Shown piece by piece: positions 40,132-49,632 of a DNA stretch of 64,000 nucleotides. Each line of letters begins with the position of its first letter. Within the stretch, counting starts at the first letter, position 1. Below the pieces are notes generated by a model that was not told the origin of the DNA, did not search any database, and saw only the letters and a program-made list of their open reading frames with translations. Source of the DNA: Patescibacteria group bacterium (GTDB taxonomy: Bacteria > Acidobacteriota > Polarisedimenticolia > JACPZX01 > DASXTC01); the NCBI GenBank assembly GCA_035646975.1, contig DASROJ010000117.1, forward strand, positions 389-64,388, given 5' to 3'. A program made the position numbers and the translations under genes.

Positions 40132-41407
40132 GCAGCCAGTGTACACCCTCCAACGTCCGCTCCACAGGCTCGTCTTCGCCGTCGGCGCGGCGATGACGCT
40201 GGTGACGCTGGCTTCCTGTGGCCCCCATGCCATCATCCACGTGGCGCCCCGTGAGGATGGCCGCCCCGGCGCCGGCACCCGAGACGACCCTTATGGAGAT
40301 CTCGCCCGGGCCGTGAGCGCGGCCCCCGACAAGGCCACGCTGCTGCTGGCGCCCGGCGACTACCAGCTCGCCGCGTCGGACGACGACGACCCGGGCAACA
40401 CCGTGCACGCCACCGTGGGATTGCTGATCAAGGGCAAGTCGCTCCATATCCAGGGGGCGGGCTCCCGCAGCACCACCATCCACACGCACGCCGGCCATGG
40501 AATCCTATTCGAGGACAGCGCCTACTCGGGGCTGCAGGATCTCTGCGTGACCAACGGCGCGCCCGACACCGACGTCGACGCCACCGACGCGGCAATCCTC
40601 GCGCGCCGGGGTCAGCTCGCACTGGTGGGAGTGCTCGTGTTCGAGGGCCGTGCAGTTGCGGCAGGCGGCCCTGCCGCGACGACGGGCATCAGCGCGGTGG
40701 CGGGTTGCGAGGGCTCTCGCCTCGTGATCAGGAACAGTGAACTGATGTCGCGATCGGGGGATGGCGTTGTGCTGTTCGATGGGGCGGAGGCGGTCATCGA
40801 GGAGACGCTGATAGACGGTGTGGACCTCCGTCCGGATGGCGCGGCCCGCGGCGGGCGCGACGCCGGGGTCCGCCTGATCGGTCAGGCCCGCGCCACCCTG
40901 CTCAACTCGGTGGTTCGCCGGCACTGGAGCGGCATCCAGCTGATCGGAGACGCCGATGCTGAAATCCACGGCAACGTGATCGAAGAGATCGCGGCCACGG
41001 GGGTTGCGATCCAGGACGATCGGGGCGCGGGGCGGCCCGGAGCCCGCGTGCAGGACAATCTGATCTACCGCACCGGAGGCTGCGGCGTCTGGATCTCGGC
41101 CAGCCTGGGGAAACCCGGAGGACAGTTCACAGGCAACGTCCTGATGGACGCCGGCGACGGCGCCGGCTTGCCTGCCGGCCCGGGTGAGTCGTGCGGGGCC
41201 GCTGCAGGGATCGACGTGCAGGCTGCCCCGGCCGGTTTCGTCGTCGAAAAGAATCTATCGTACGGAGTCCGGGAATCCTCGGGCAGTTCGGAGTTCGACC
41301 GCCTGCGGTCGCGGCTCTGCTCAAACCTGGCATCGCTGCGCCATGGCGCCCGGACCACCTTTCATGCCCGATTCTGCGCTGCCGGCGCAGCCAGGGATCC
41401 GGTTTGA
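40130..41407 (+). CDS. right-handed parallel beta-helix repeat lipoprotein (pectin-lyase-fold, NosD-like)
   Basis: Signal peptide plus lipobox LVTLASC. Repeated ...NS.I..N...GI.L... beta-helix turns. ATG at 40130. Confidence 0.6.
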   Translation: MQPVYTLQRPLHRLVFAVGAAMTLVTLASCGPHAIIHVAPREDGRPGAGTRDDPYGDLARAVSAAPDKATLLLAPGDYQLAASDDDDPGNTVHATVGLLIKGKSLHIQGAGSRSTTIHTHAGHGILFEDSAYSGLQDLCVTNGAPDTDVDATDAAILARRGQLALVGVLVFEGRAVAAGGPAATTGISAVAGCEGSRLVIRNSELMSRSGDGVVLFDGAEAVIEETLIDGVDLRPDGAARGGRDAGVRLIGQARATLLNSVVRRHWSGIQLIGDADAEIHGNVIEEIAATGVAIQDDRGAGRPGARVQDNLIYRTGGCGVWISASLGKPGGQFTGNVLMDAGDGAGLPAGPGESCGAAAGIDVQAAPAGFVVEKNLSYGVRESSGSSEFDRLRSRLCSNLASLRHGARTTFHARFCAAGAARDPV

Positions 41408-41512
41408 AAGAGCTGCTCAGGTTGGATATCATGCGGCCCACAACTGCGATCAGCGACCGATGAGCCGGACCACCGAAACGGGCTGCGGCCCTGCCCTGGA
41501 GAGGTTTGAATC

Positions 41513-42595
41513 ATGAATAGGATTCCCTTCATTCTGCTGTTTGTACTTGCGGTCAACGGCACCGCGTGCGGCGGCGCCGAAAAGCCGAGCGCGGGGGCCA
41601 CCGGCGCGGGCGCCGCGGAAAACGCCTCTCCCCTTGCGGCCGACGCCCCCGGCTCCGATGCAAAGCCGCAGGCGGCGTCCACCCAGCCCCCCGCCGCTGC
41701 GCTGGCCCCCGGTGACCGCGGACCGGTCGTCGCGCGGGTCAACGGGACGCCGATCTACAAGGTCGACTATGACAGCGCGCTGGCGAATTTCATGCAGAGC
41801 AACCAGCTCGGACCGGACGCGCCTGAAGAGCAGAAGAAGGAAGCGCAGAAAGTGGTCATGGACGGGTTGATCGGCAGCGAGCTGCTCTACCAGAAGGCCA
41901 GGTTGATTCCCATCGAGGTTCCGCAGGCGGAAGTCGACAAGGCGATCGCCCAGACCAAGACCGGCATGGGCGAAGAAGGGTTCAAGTCCGAGCTGCAGCG
42001 GCGCGGGATGTCGGAAAAGGACCTCGAGAATCTCGTCAAGCAGAACCTGATGGTCCAGAAGATGATCAAGGAGCAGGTGGTCAACACGGTGACGATCTCC
42101 GACGCCGACATGAAGACCTTCTACAACGAGCACCAGAAGGACATGGCCAAGCCCGAAAACGTCGAGGCCAGCCACATCCTGGTGCGCTCGAACCCATCCG
42201 ACCCCGCGGAGAAGAAGACCGCCGCGCGGCAGAAAATCGATCTGGCGCTCAAGCGCCTCAAGGCGGGCGAGGATTTCGCGGCGATGGCGAAGGAGTACTC
42301 GGAAGACGGGTCGGCCGCCAACGGCGGCTCCCTCGGTCCGATTCATCGGGGTCAGACCGTCCCCGCGTTCGAGGAGGCGGCGTTCAAGCTGGGAGTCGGC
42401 CAGGTGAGCGAGGTGGTGGAATCGCAGTTCGGATTTCACATCATCAAGGTGACCGCCAAGCACCCCTCGGGCGTCGCGGCATTTGAAGAGGTGAAGGATC
42501 GAATCGCGGAATTTCTCAAGCAGCAGAAATCGCGTGATGCGATCGAGAAGACGGTCGCCGGCCTGAGATCCGAAGCGAAGATCGAAATCCTGTAA
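41513..42595 (+). CDS. SurA/PrsA-like parvulin peptidyl-prolyl isomerase lipoprotein
   Basis: Signal peptide plus Cys lipobox (AVNGTACGG). Parvulin motifs SHILV...GGSLGPIHRGQTVPAFEEAAFKLGVGQVSEVVESQFGFHIIKV. Confidence 0.75.
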   Translation: MNRIPFILLFVLAVNGTACGGAEKPSAGATGAGAAENASPLAADAPGSDAKPQAASTQPPAAALAPGDRGPVVARVNGTPIYKVDYDSALANFMQSNQLGPDAPEEQKKEAQKVVMDGLIGSELLYQKARLIPIEVPQAEVDKAIAQTKTGMGEEGFKSELQRRGMSEKDLENLVKQNLMVQKMIKEQVVNTVTISDADMKTFYNEHQKDMAKPENVEASHILVRSNPSDPAEKKTAARQKIDLALKRLKAGEDFAAMAKEYSEDGSAANGGSLGPIHRGQTVPAFEEAAFKLGVGQVSEVVESQFGFHIIKVTAKHPSGVAAFEEVKDRIAEFLKQQKSRDAIEKTVAGLRSEAKIEIL

Positions 42596-42618
42596 CGGGG
42601 TGCCGGCAGGCGAGGGGG

Positions 42619-42993
42619 CTATTCGAATTCGCTGGGATCGAACCCCTTGCGTTCCTTGAGGAACTCCTGCACTTCGCTGTCGTCCGTCCCTTCGGCCTCG
42701 TCACGGTTGAGGAAGGCGCTCACTTCCGCGCGCAGCTTGCCCGTGTCGTCGACTTCAGCCGGCTCCGGCTCCAGTTCCGGTGACGCTTTCGGCCGGGTGG
42801 CGGAGACACTGATCGTCTCGGCGCGCAGAGGCGGGGCTTTCGGCCGGGCCACGGCCTCCGGGGCGGCTTTCATGGCGCGCGGCTCCGGGGCCTGCGCGCG
42901 CAATGCCGCGCGCCGTGCCTCGATGAACCGATCGGTGAACAGATCGCCGCCCACCGGCTCCAGATCGTCGACGATTTTCTTGAGCAGATCCAT
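42619..42993 (-). CDS. small acidic protein of unknown function
   Basis: 124 aa. Likely the last gene of the TPR operon, with a 3-bp gap to the upstream gene. Confidence 0.4.
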   Translation of the reverse strand: MDLLKKIVDDLEPVGGDLFTDRFIEARRAALRAQAPEPRAMKAAPEAVARPKAPPLRAETISVSATRPKASPELEPEPAEVDDTGKLRAEVSAFLNRDEAEGTDDSEVQEFLKERKGFDPSEFE

Positions 42994-42996
42994 GCG

Positions 42997-44178
42997 CTAT
43001 ACCCTTCCGGCCTGCTCCTGCTGGAACATCCGCAGGGCTTTCGTCGCGTTCTCGTTGAGGGGGTTCTGTTCGACCGCTTTCTTCCACGCGTCGACGGCCT
43101 CGGAGTATCTGCCCAGCTTGTAGCAGGCGTTGCCGAGATTCGTGTACGCAAGCGAGGAGTCCTGGCCGGTGAGGGTGGATCGCCGGAACATCTCCACGGC
43201 CTTTTCGAACTGCATCCCCTGATGGAACAGGAATCCGAGATTGTTCATCGCTTCGGCCATGCCGGGATCCAGCTCGAGGGCCCGCTGGAAGCAGGCTTCC
43301 GCCTCGGCGTCGCGCCCCTGCTTGCTCAGGGCCAGGCCCAGGTTGTTCTGCGCCTCCGAGAAACCGGCGTCGAGATCGAGTGCGGCCCGGAACGCCGCCT
43401 CGGCGGCCTGCGAGGCGCCCCGGTGGTAGAGCGCGACCCCCCGGGAATTCAGAGCCATCGCCTCGTCGCGTCCCCGTCGGCCCTCCTCGAGCTTTCGTCG
43501 CTCGGCCTCCTCGGCCAACGACGCGGAAAGCTCTTCATGGGTGTCCCGCAGCGCCGCCACCTGGGTCGACACGGTCTCGAGGCTTCCCGAAAGCGAGGTG
43601 AACCGATCCACGACACCCCCCAGACGGCGCGCGAGCGAAGAGAGCGATTCTTCCAGCTCCTTGAGGTACTCGGGCCGCTGCGTGGACGCATCGGCCATCG
43701 CCTGTCTCACCTGGCCGATGCCTTGCTCGAGGCGGGACACGCGTCCCTCCACCGTCGTCGTCATCGAAAGCACCGTCGCATTGAGCGACTCCAGGCGGCC
43801 TCCCAGCTCATGCCCCGTGGCTCTGAGCGGTTCCTCGAGCGCGGCGACGCCTTCGAGCAGCTTGAGCCCGGTCTCGCGCATCGCGGTGTTTGCCTTTTCT
43901 ACGGTCGAAACCATGGCTGACATCTTCTCGGCGTCGATCGAACCCTGGGGAGCCCCGAACAAAGGCTCGCCGGCGGGGACCTGCGAGTCCTGGCCGGGCT
44001 GCTGCCCCGCCAGTGCGGCCTTGGCCCGCGTGATGATCAGAAGTCCCGACGCCCTGATTCCGCAGTCATGAATCTCATCGGCCCAGAACGTGCAGGATGT
44101 CTCGATGCACTCGTGGTGGTCCCAGGCTACATTTCCATCGTTGTCCCGGGACGACTGGGAAAGAATCGGGCAGATCAT
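42997..44178 (-). CDS. TPR-repeat protein with an N-terminal Cys/His-rich segment and a central coiled coil
   Basis: N-terminus MICPILSQ...WDHHECIETSCTFWADEIHDCG. Three to four TPRs near the C-terminus (AEAAFRAALDLDAGFSEAQNNLGLAL...). Start overlaps the upstream stop (ATGA). Confidence 0.6.
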   Translation of the reverse strand: MICPILSQSSRDNDGNVAWDHHECIETSCTFWADEIHDCGIRASGLLIITRAKAALAGQQPGQDSQVPAGEPLFGAPQGSIDAEKMSAMVSTVEKANTAMRETGLKLLEGVAALEEPLRATGHELGGRLESLNATVLSMTTTVEGRVSRLEQGIGQVRQAMADASTQRPEYLKELEESLSSLARRLGGVVDRFTSLSGSLETVSTQVAALRDTHEELSASLAEEAERRKLEEGRRGRDEAMALNSRGVALYHRGASQAAEAAFRAALDLDAGFSEAQNNLGLALSKQGRDAEAEACFQRALELDPGMAEAMNNLGFLFHQGMQFEKAVEMFRRSTLTGQDSSLAYTNLGNACYKLGRYSEAVDAWKKAVEQNPLNENATKALRMFQQEQAGRV

Positions 44179-47100
44179 CGAACACCTCCCTGAGCGGCCT
44201 CGCCGGCCCGGGCGGGTCGCGAGGGGATCTCGTCAATTGTCGTCATCCCACCAAAGTCGAGTGTCGTCTCGCCCATCAGGCGCTGGGCCTTTCCTTCGAG
44301 CTCCTGACCAATCAGCCGGTTCAGCAACGAGGCATACTCCGCCCCCGCCTGCGGGTTCTCCAGGATCTCGCTGAGGCAGGCACCCGCCTCCTGAACCCGG
44401 CCACATCTTTCCAGCACCCAGGCCTTTCGGAGCGAAGCCGGATCACGCGAGAGAATGTCGGCAGCGCGCGCATAATCGCCCCGCGCGATCGCTTCTGCGA
44501 CGCCCGGGCGTTCCTCGGTCGCGCGGGCCGCCGGCGATCGAAGCACCTCGCGATGAAGCCGGTCGAGAAACGCGTCGCGGTTCACCGCGACGCTCTCGGC
44601 ACGAATGAGCAGGCCCGCGGCCGTTGAACCGTCTCCCATCCGAAGGGCCAGCTCGCGACGCCCCAGGAGCAGCTCGAGATCGGAGCTCGCCTCAGGGCTG
44701 GCCAGCGCGGTGTCGAGCGCCCTTGCGGCTCCTGGCAGATCCCCCGATGTCATGAGCGCCTCGGCCATGACGCGGGCGGCGGAGGCGAACGACGGCCGTC
44801 GTTCGAGAATGTCCTTTGCCAGCGCCACGACGCTGTCGGAGCACGCGGCGTCGAGCTTCAGGGCTTCGGACAAATCCCTCGACGCGCCTTCCAGATCCTG
44901 CAGCTTCACGCTGGCCGCCGCCCTTCCCAGACGCGCCACAGCGCTCGAGGGGTTGGACGCCACCAGGGAGTCGAGCTCGCCCCGGACCTCGGCGGCCAGC
45001 TCGACGGATGCGTTCAACGTCCGCCGGGCCGCATCGACCGTCTCGTTCACCTCGCCGAGACTGCGACAGGCGCGGGTACGGGCCAGGTGGACGGCGCCCG
45101 GCACTTCCCTGCCGGATGCGCAAAGACGCCGCAGCCCTTCGAGCGCCCCGGCGCCGCGGATTCCGCCGAGGCTCGCCGCTTTCTGATACGCCTCGGCCGC
45201 CGGCACCAGTTTGCCTTCTGCTTCGTAAATCGCGCCGCGAGCCATGTTGGCCTCGGGTTCGTCCGGGTAATCTCTCTGAATCTCCGCCAATGGCCTGGCG
45301 ATGAGACCCGCCAGGGCGGCATCGAGCTTGTGCGCGCGCACGAAGCACGCGCAGGCGCGGGCCGCCCAGCGACGCGCGAGGTAGGCGCGGCCGAGCTCGA
45401 CCTGCGCACGGCCGCACGCGGGATGCCGGCTGGCGATGGTCTCGAGGTGCGTCAGGATCCAGGCCAGTTGATCGGACTCGGCGACGATGTGCCTGCTGAG
45501 CGCCTCGGCCGCGCCCACGGGGTCACCCGTCTCCAGCAGGATCTGCGAACGAGCGAAATCGATTGACGGCTCGTCGGGAAACCTGCGCTGGGTGCGCTCG
45601 AGGTCCTTTAGGACCATCGGACCCAGCTCGGACTTGATCGACCACGAGGTCAGCAGGGCCGCGATTCCCTCACTCACACGTCCTTCGTTGATCAGCAGCC
45701 GGCCCAGCGCCAGGTGCGCCGTCTCGAGCCCCATGTCGACCTGGATGATTTGCTGGAGCCGCTCGATCACTTCGGGCGCGAGCGCCGGATCGCGCTTCAC
45801 CGAGGCCGCGTAGGCACGTGTCGCTTCGGCGGGTTTTCCCGAGCGCGCCAGGGCGTCTCCGTAGGTCAGTGTGAGCGGGGCGGATGCGGCATCCTCCCGG
45901 CCGGACAGCCCGGCCCGGGCGATCTCCAGGGCGCGCCCGAACTGACCCGAAGCCACGCAGATCCCGGCCAGGCCCGTGCTCAGGGCGATGTTCTTCGGAT
46001 CCGAACGCAGGGCCGCCGTGAACTTCTCGACCAGACGCGAGGCCGCGGCGGCCGGCAGGGCGCCCAGCCCCCGCAGACTCTCGGTGGCCAGGACAAGGTC
46101 TCCGGCATCCAGCAGCGCTTCCGCCATCACGGCGCGATCCTGTCCGGTCCGATCACCGGATGAATCCTTCGCCAGGGCCCTGATGGCCGCGTGCGCCACC
46201 TCGCTGGTCTCCGGGGCGAGCGCGACGGCCTTTCGGAATCGTTCCACAGCTTCGGTCAACTCCCCGGCGCGCCCGGCCGCCTCGCCCAGGCCGAAGATCA
46301 CCTCAGGCTGCTCGGACCAGCGCGGCAGCCGGGAGGAGATGTGCGATGCGACCTTGCGAAAGAGATCCGCGGACGCTCCCGCGCACAGGACGACGAGCCG
46401 AAGGATGGCCGGGTCTGCGGGTTTGCTCTTCTCGAGCAGTCCCACGAGGTGGCCCCATGCGGTGACGGGGTCGTTTGCCTGGAGGCTCGCCTCGGCCGCG
46501 GCCAGCTGAAGGGTCTCGTCGTCAGGCGACGTCATGATCATCGGCTTGAGGCGCGTCAGCACATCCCGGGCCTGCTCGGGTCCCAGTCGCAGGCGGTGCC
46601 GCAGAAAGGGGACGGCGCCCTTGAGATCGCCCGATTCGACGCACACCTCTTCGAGCAGGTCGCGGGCCGCCTTGTTGGTCGGGTCGGCGGCCAGCACCGC
46701 TTGAAGGCGCGTGGCGATGGCGGCGCCCGATGCGGGGTCGACTCGTCTCAAGGCTCGATAGGTGTCGAGGCACTTGTCGACACGCCCCTCCTTCAGGTGG
46801 AAGTCAGCGAGGATCTGATAGGCGCGTGTCTCGTTCGGAAACGCTTCGATCGCCTGCTCCAGCGCCGCGATGCCCCGTGGCCCGGCGTCGTTTCCCAGGG
46901 CAGAGACGGTGGCGGCGACGGAGCGCTGCACCTTTCCCAGCGCCAGAGCGACCCTGGCGAGCAGCAGCTGGGTCTCCACGGTCTCCTTGCCGGTCGCCGA
47001 GGTCTCCTCCAGCAACTTTTCAATCTCGGCCAGATGGCTCTTCTGGTCGACGAGTCTGCCGCAGACAGCCACGGCAGCATCGATGTTCGCCTCCGCGAGA

Positions 47101-47918
47101 TGCACTTTCACCTGCGCCCAGAGAAGATCCTGGTCGTCGGGAGCTGCCGTGAGCATTTCGGCGAGGTAGCGGCTCACCTGCGGGGCGCACCGGGCATCGA
47201 CCTCCAGAGACTTGAGATACTCGGCTTGCGCCCGATCGCGGTGGCCCAGACTCTCCAGGAGCTCCGCGTAGATGAGTCGCAGCTGCGTGAGCTTGTAGTG
47301 CCGCGCCACGAGCCCCTTGAGACGCTCGTCGACCAGTGCGAAATCGGCGGGAGCGGCGGTCAGGATTCTTCGGTAGCTCTCGACAGCCTTCTGCCAGTCG
47401 TCGATCACCTCGTACGACAGCGCCGCCAGGTAGAGTGTCGAAAGCGCCGACTTGGGGACCATCGTCCCCTTCTCCAGGAATCGGTTGAGGTTGACCAGGC
47501 GACCTTCGAGCATCGTCTCGAGGGACTTGCGGTTGATCCGTTCCAGGCACTCCACCGCCGCGTTGTGGTTCCGCCTGGCGACATGCCCCTCGGCCAGAGG
47601 CTCGTACAGCGCCTCGATGTCCGAGAATTGCATGCGTGCCCACCCGATGAACTCGTCCACCCTGCCGACCTGCGATGGATCGGCCTTCAGCAGCGCGCGA
47701 AGGGATTCGGCCGCCTCCTTCGGACGGGAGGAAGACAGCCAGAGCGTCGCCATCTCGAGACGCAGCTCCGGCACCTCACCGAGCCGTCCGATGCCGTCCT
47801 TGATGACGGCGATGGCCTGGTCGTTCCTTCCCTTGGCGGAGAGCTTCTGCGCCTTGAGAATCACCCGATCCGGGCTGTTCTCGCCGAACAGGTCCTTGAG
47901 ATCCTTCGTGGTCAGCAT
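44175..47918 (-). CDS. giant (1247 aa) all-TPR/helical-repeat protein
   Basis: Ala/Leu/Arg-rich TPR-like repeats throughout. One continuous ORF. Confidence 0.65.
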   Translation of the reverse strand: MLTTKDLKDLFGENSPDRVILKAQKLSAKGRNDQAIAVIKDGIGRLGEVPELRLEMATLWLSSSRPKEAAESLRALLKADPSQVGRVDEFIGWARMQFSDIEALYEPLAEGHVARRNHNAAVECLERINRKSLETMLEGRLVNLNRFLEKGTMVPKSALSTLYLAALSYEVIDDWQKAVESYRRILTAAPADFALVDERLKGLVARHYKLTQLRLIYAELLESLGHRDRAQAEYLKSLEVDARCAPQVSRYLAEMLTAAPDDQDLLWAQVKVHLAEANIDAAVAVCGRLVDQKSHLAEIEKLLEETSATGKETVETQLLLARVALALGKVQRSVAATVSALGNDAGPRGIAALEQAIEAFPNETRAYQILADFHLKEGRVDKCLDTYRALRRVDPASGAAIATRLQAVLAADPTNKAARDLLEEVCVESGDLKGAVPFLRHRLRLGPEQARDVLTRLKPMIMTSPDDETLQLAAAEASLQANDPVTAWGHLVGLLEKSKPADPAILRLVVLCAGASADLFRKVASHISSRLPRWSEQPEVIFGLGEAAGRAGELTEAVERFRKAVALAPETSEVAHAAIRALAKDSSGDRTGQDRAVMAEALLDAGDLVLATESLRGLGALPAAAASRLVEKFTAALRSDPKNIALSTGLAGICVASGQFGRALEIARAGLSGREDAASAPLTLTYGDALARSGKPAEATRAYAASVKRDPALAPEVIERLQQIIQVDMGLETAHLALGRLLINEGRVSEGIAALLTSWSIKSELGPMVLKDLERTQRRFPDEPSIDFARSQILLETGDPVGAAEALSRHIVAESDQLAWILTHLETIASRHPACGRAQVELGRAYLARRWAARACACFVRAHKLDAALAGLIARPLAEIQRDYPDEPEANMARGAIYEAEGKLVPAAEAYQKAASLGGIRGAGALEGLRRLCASGREVPGAVHLARTRACRSLGEVNETVDAARRTLNASVELAAEVRGELDSLVASNPSSAVARLGRAAASVKLQDLEGASRDLSEALKLDAACSDSVVALAKDILERRPSFASAARVMAEALMTSGDLPGAARALDTALASPEASSDLELLLGRRELALRMGDGSTAAGLLIRAESVAVNRDAFLDRLHREVLRSPAARATEERPGVAEAIARGDYARAADILSRDPASLRKAWVLERCGRVQEAGACLSEILENPQAGAEYASLLNRLIGQELEGKAQRLMGETTLDFGGMTTIDEIPSRPARAGEAAQGGVR

Positions 47919-48051
47919 TCCAAGACCTCAGGAAAATGCCCCGCCACACAAGCGTTTTCAGGCGGAGGATCGCGCCGCGAGCGAACCAGCAGACCGGGCG
48001 AATATTGTGTGCGAGATGGGTGAATTCAAGGAGGCGCAGGGGGGGTGAAGC

Positions 48052-49458
48052 CTACTCTCCGCGATCCGGGGTGAGGCCGTAGGCCTTCAGTTTCCGGTGC
48101 AGGTGGGTGCGCTCGAGACCGAGGGCCAGGGCGGCTCGGCTGACGTTGTTGCCGCATTCCTGCAGCTTGCGGGCGATGAAGAGCCTCTCGAACCGCTCGC
48201 GTCCTTCTTTGAGGGTGGCGCTGGTCGTCAGCTCGGCAAAAGCGTCATCGCCTGCCCTTCCCGGGCGCCCGCCCGGCGGGAGGGTGTCACCGGCCAGCTC
48301 CGGGGGCAGGTCGCTTTTCTCGAAGCGGTCGCGAGGTGCCATGATGACCAGCCGCTCGATGATGTTGCGCAGCTCACGCACGTTTCCCGGCCAGGCATAG
48401 GCCATCATCGCGGACAGCGCATCGTCGGTCAGCCGGGCAGGCGGCCTGCCGTACTCCGCGGCCAGCTCGGCCATGAAATGACGCGCAAGCTGCGGGATGT
48501 CCTCCGTGCGTTCGCGCAGGGGCGGCACGGTGAGCGGGATGACATTGAGCCTGAAGTAGAGGTCCTCCCGAAACGCGTTCTTTCTTATCTCCTCGGTGAG
48601 GTCCTTGTTGGTGGCGGCCAGCACGCGCACGTCCACCTTCTGGGAGGTGGCCCCGCCCACCGGCTCGAAGGTCTGCTCCTGAAGGGCGCGCAGCACCTTG
48701 GACTGTGTCTTGAGGCTCATGTCACCGATCTCGTCGAGGAACAGCGTGCCGCCGTCGGCGAGCTCGAACTTCCCCTTCTTGTTCTCCACCGCCCCGGTGA
48801 ACGACCCTTTCAGGTGCCCGAACAGCTCGCTTTCGATCAGCTCCTCGGGAATGGCGGCGCAGTTCATCTCGATGAATGGCTCATCCGCGCGAAGACTCAG
48901 CGCATGGACCATTCTCGCGACCAGCTCCTTGCCGGTACCGTTCTCTCCGAAAATCATCACGCGCCCGTTGGTCGGGGCTGCCATCCGGATCTGCTCGCGC
49001 AGCTTGACGATGGAAGGGGCGTCTCCGAGGAGCTGGCGCGCGCCCTTGTCCGCCAGCGCGACGCGCAGCGCCCTGTTCCGCTCCTCGAGGCGGCGTTGCT
49101 TGAGCGCGTTACGGACGGAGACCGTGACCTTTTCGATGCTGAGCGGCTTCTCGATGAAGTCGAATGCGCCGAGCCGGGTGGCCTTCACCGCCATCTCGAT
49201 GTTCGCGTGCCCCGAGATAATGATGACCGGGACCTCGCTGCCTTCGGCGCGCAGCTCCTGCAGCACCTCGAGCCCGTCCTTCCTCGGCAGCCAGACATCG
49301 AGCAGGACGAGCTGGAACCCTCCGTCACGCAGTCGTGCAAGCGCCTTTTCACCCGTGTCCACCGCCTCGACGTCGTACCCTTCGTCGGCGAGCACCTGGG
49401 TCAGGGACGAGCGTATCCCCGCTTCGTCATCCACCAGAAGAATGCGCCCGGAAGACAT
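48052..49458 (-). CDS. ntrX: sigma-54-dependent two-component response regulator (NtrX/NtrC family)
   Basis: Receiver domain ILLVDDEAGIRSSL...LLDVWLP. AAA+ GENGTGKELVARMVH...GSFTGA. C-terminal Fis HTH. ATG at 49458 checked. Confidence 0.85.
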   Translation of the reverse strand: MSSGRILLVDDEAGIRSSLTQVLADEGYDVEAVDTGEKALARLRDGGFQLVLLDVWLPRKDGLEVLQELRAEGSEVPVIIISGHANIEMAVKATRLGAFDFIEKPLSIEKVTVSVRNALKQRRLEERNRALRVALADKGARQLLGDAPSIVKLREQIRMAAPTNGRVMIFGENGTGKELVARMVHALSLRADEPFIEMNCAAIPEELIESELFGHLKGSFTGAVENKKGKFELADGGTLFLDEIGDMSLKTQSKVLRALQEQTFEPVGGATSQKVDVRVLAATNKDLTEEIRKNAFREDLYFRLNVIPLTVPPLRERTEDIPQLARHFMAELAAEYGRPPARLTDDALSAMMAYAWPGNVRELRNIIERLVIMAPRDRFEKSDLPPELAGDTLPPGGRPGRAGDDAFAELTTSATLKEGRERFERLFIARKLQECGNNVSRAALALGLERTHLHRKLKAYGLTPDRGE

Positions 49459-49632
49459 CCTGTCATTCACCTCGCGCCGATCGCGCCGGAGCGTCCAGCG
49501 CGCCGACGACCCGATCCGGGGAGACCGCTCCCCGCAATCCCGTGACACGCCCCACTCTCAACTCCCGCCGCACCCTCAATGCCCGCATGGCCCGCATCGC
49601 CCCCGCTGACGCGCTCGCCGGCGACCCGCCCC

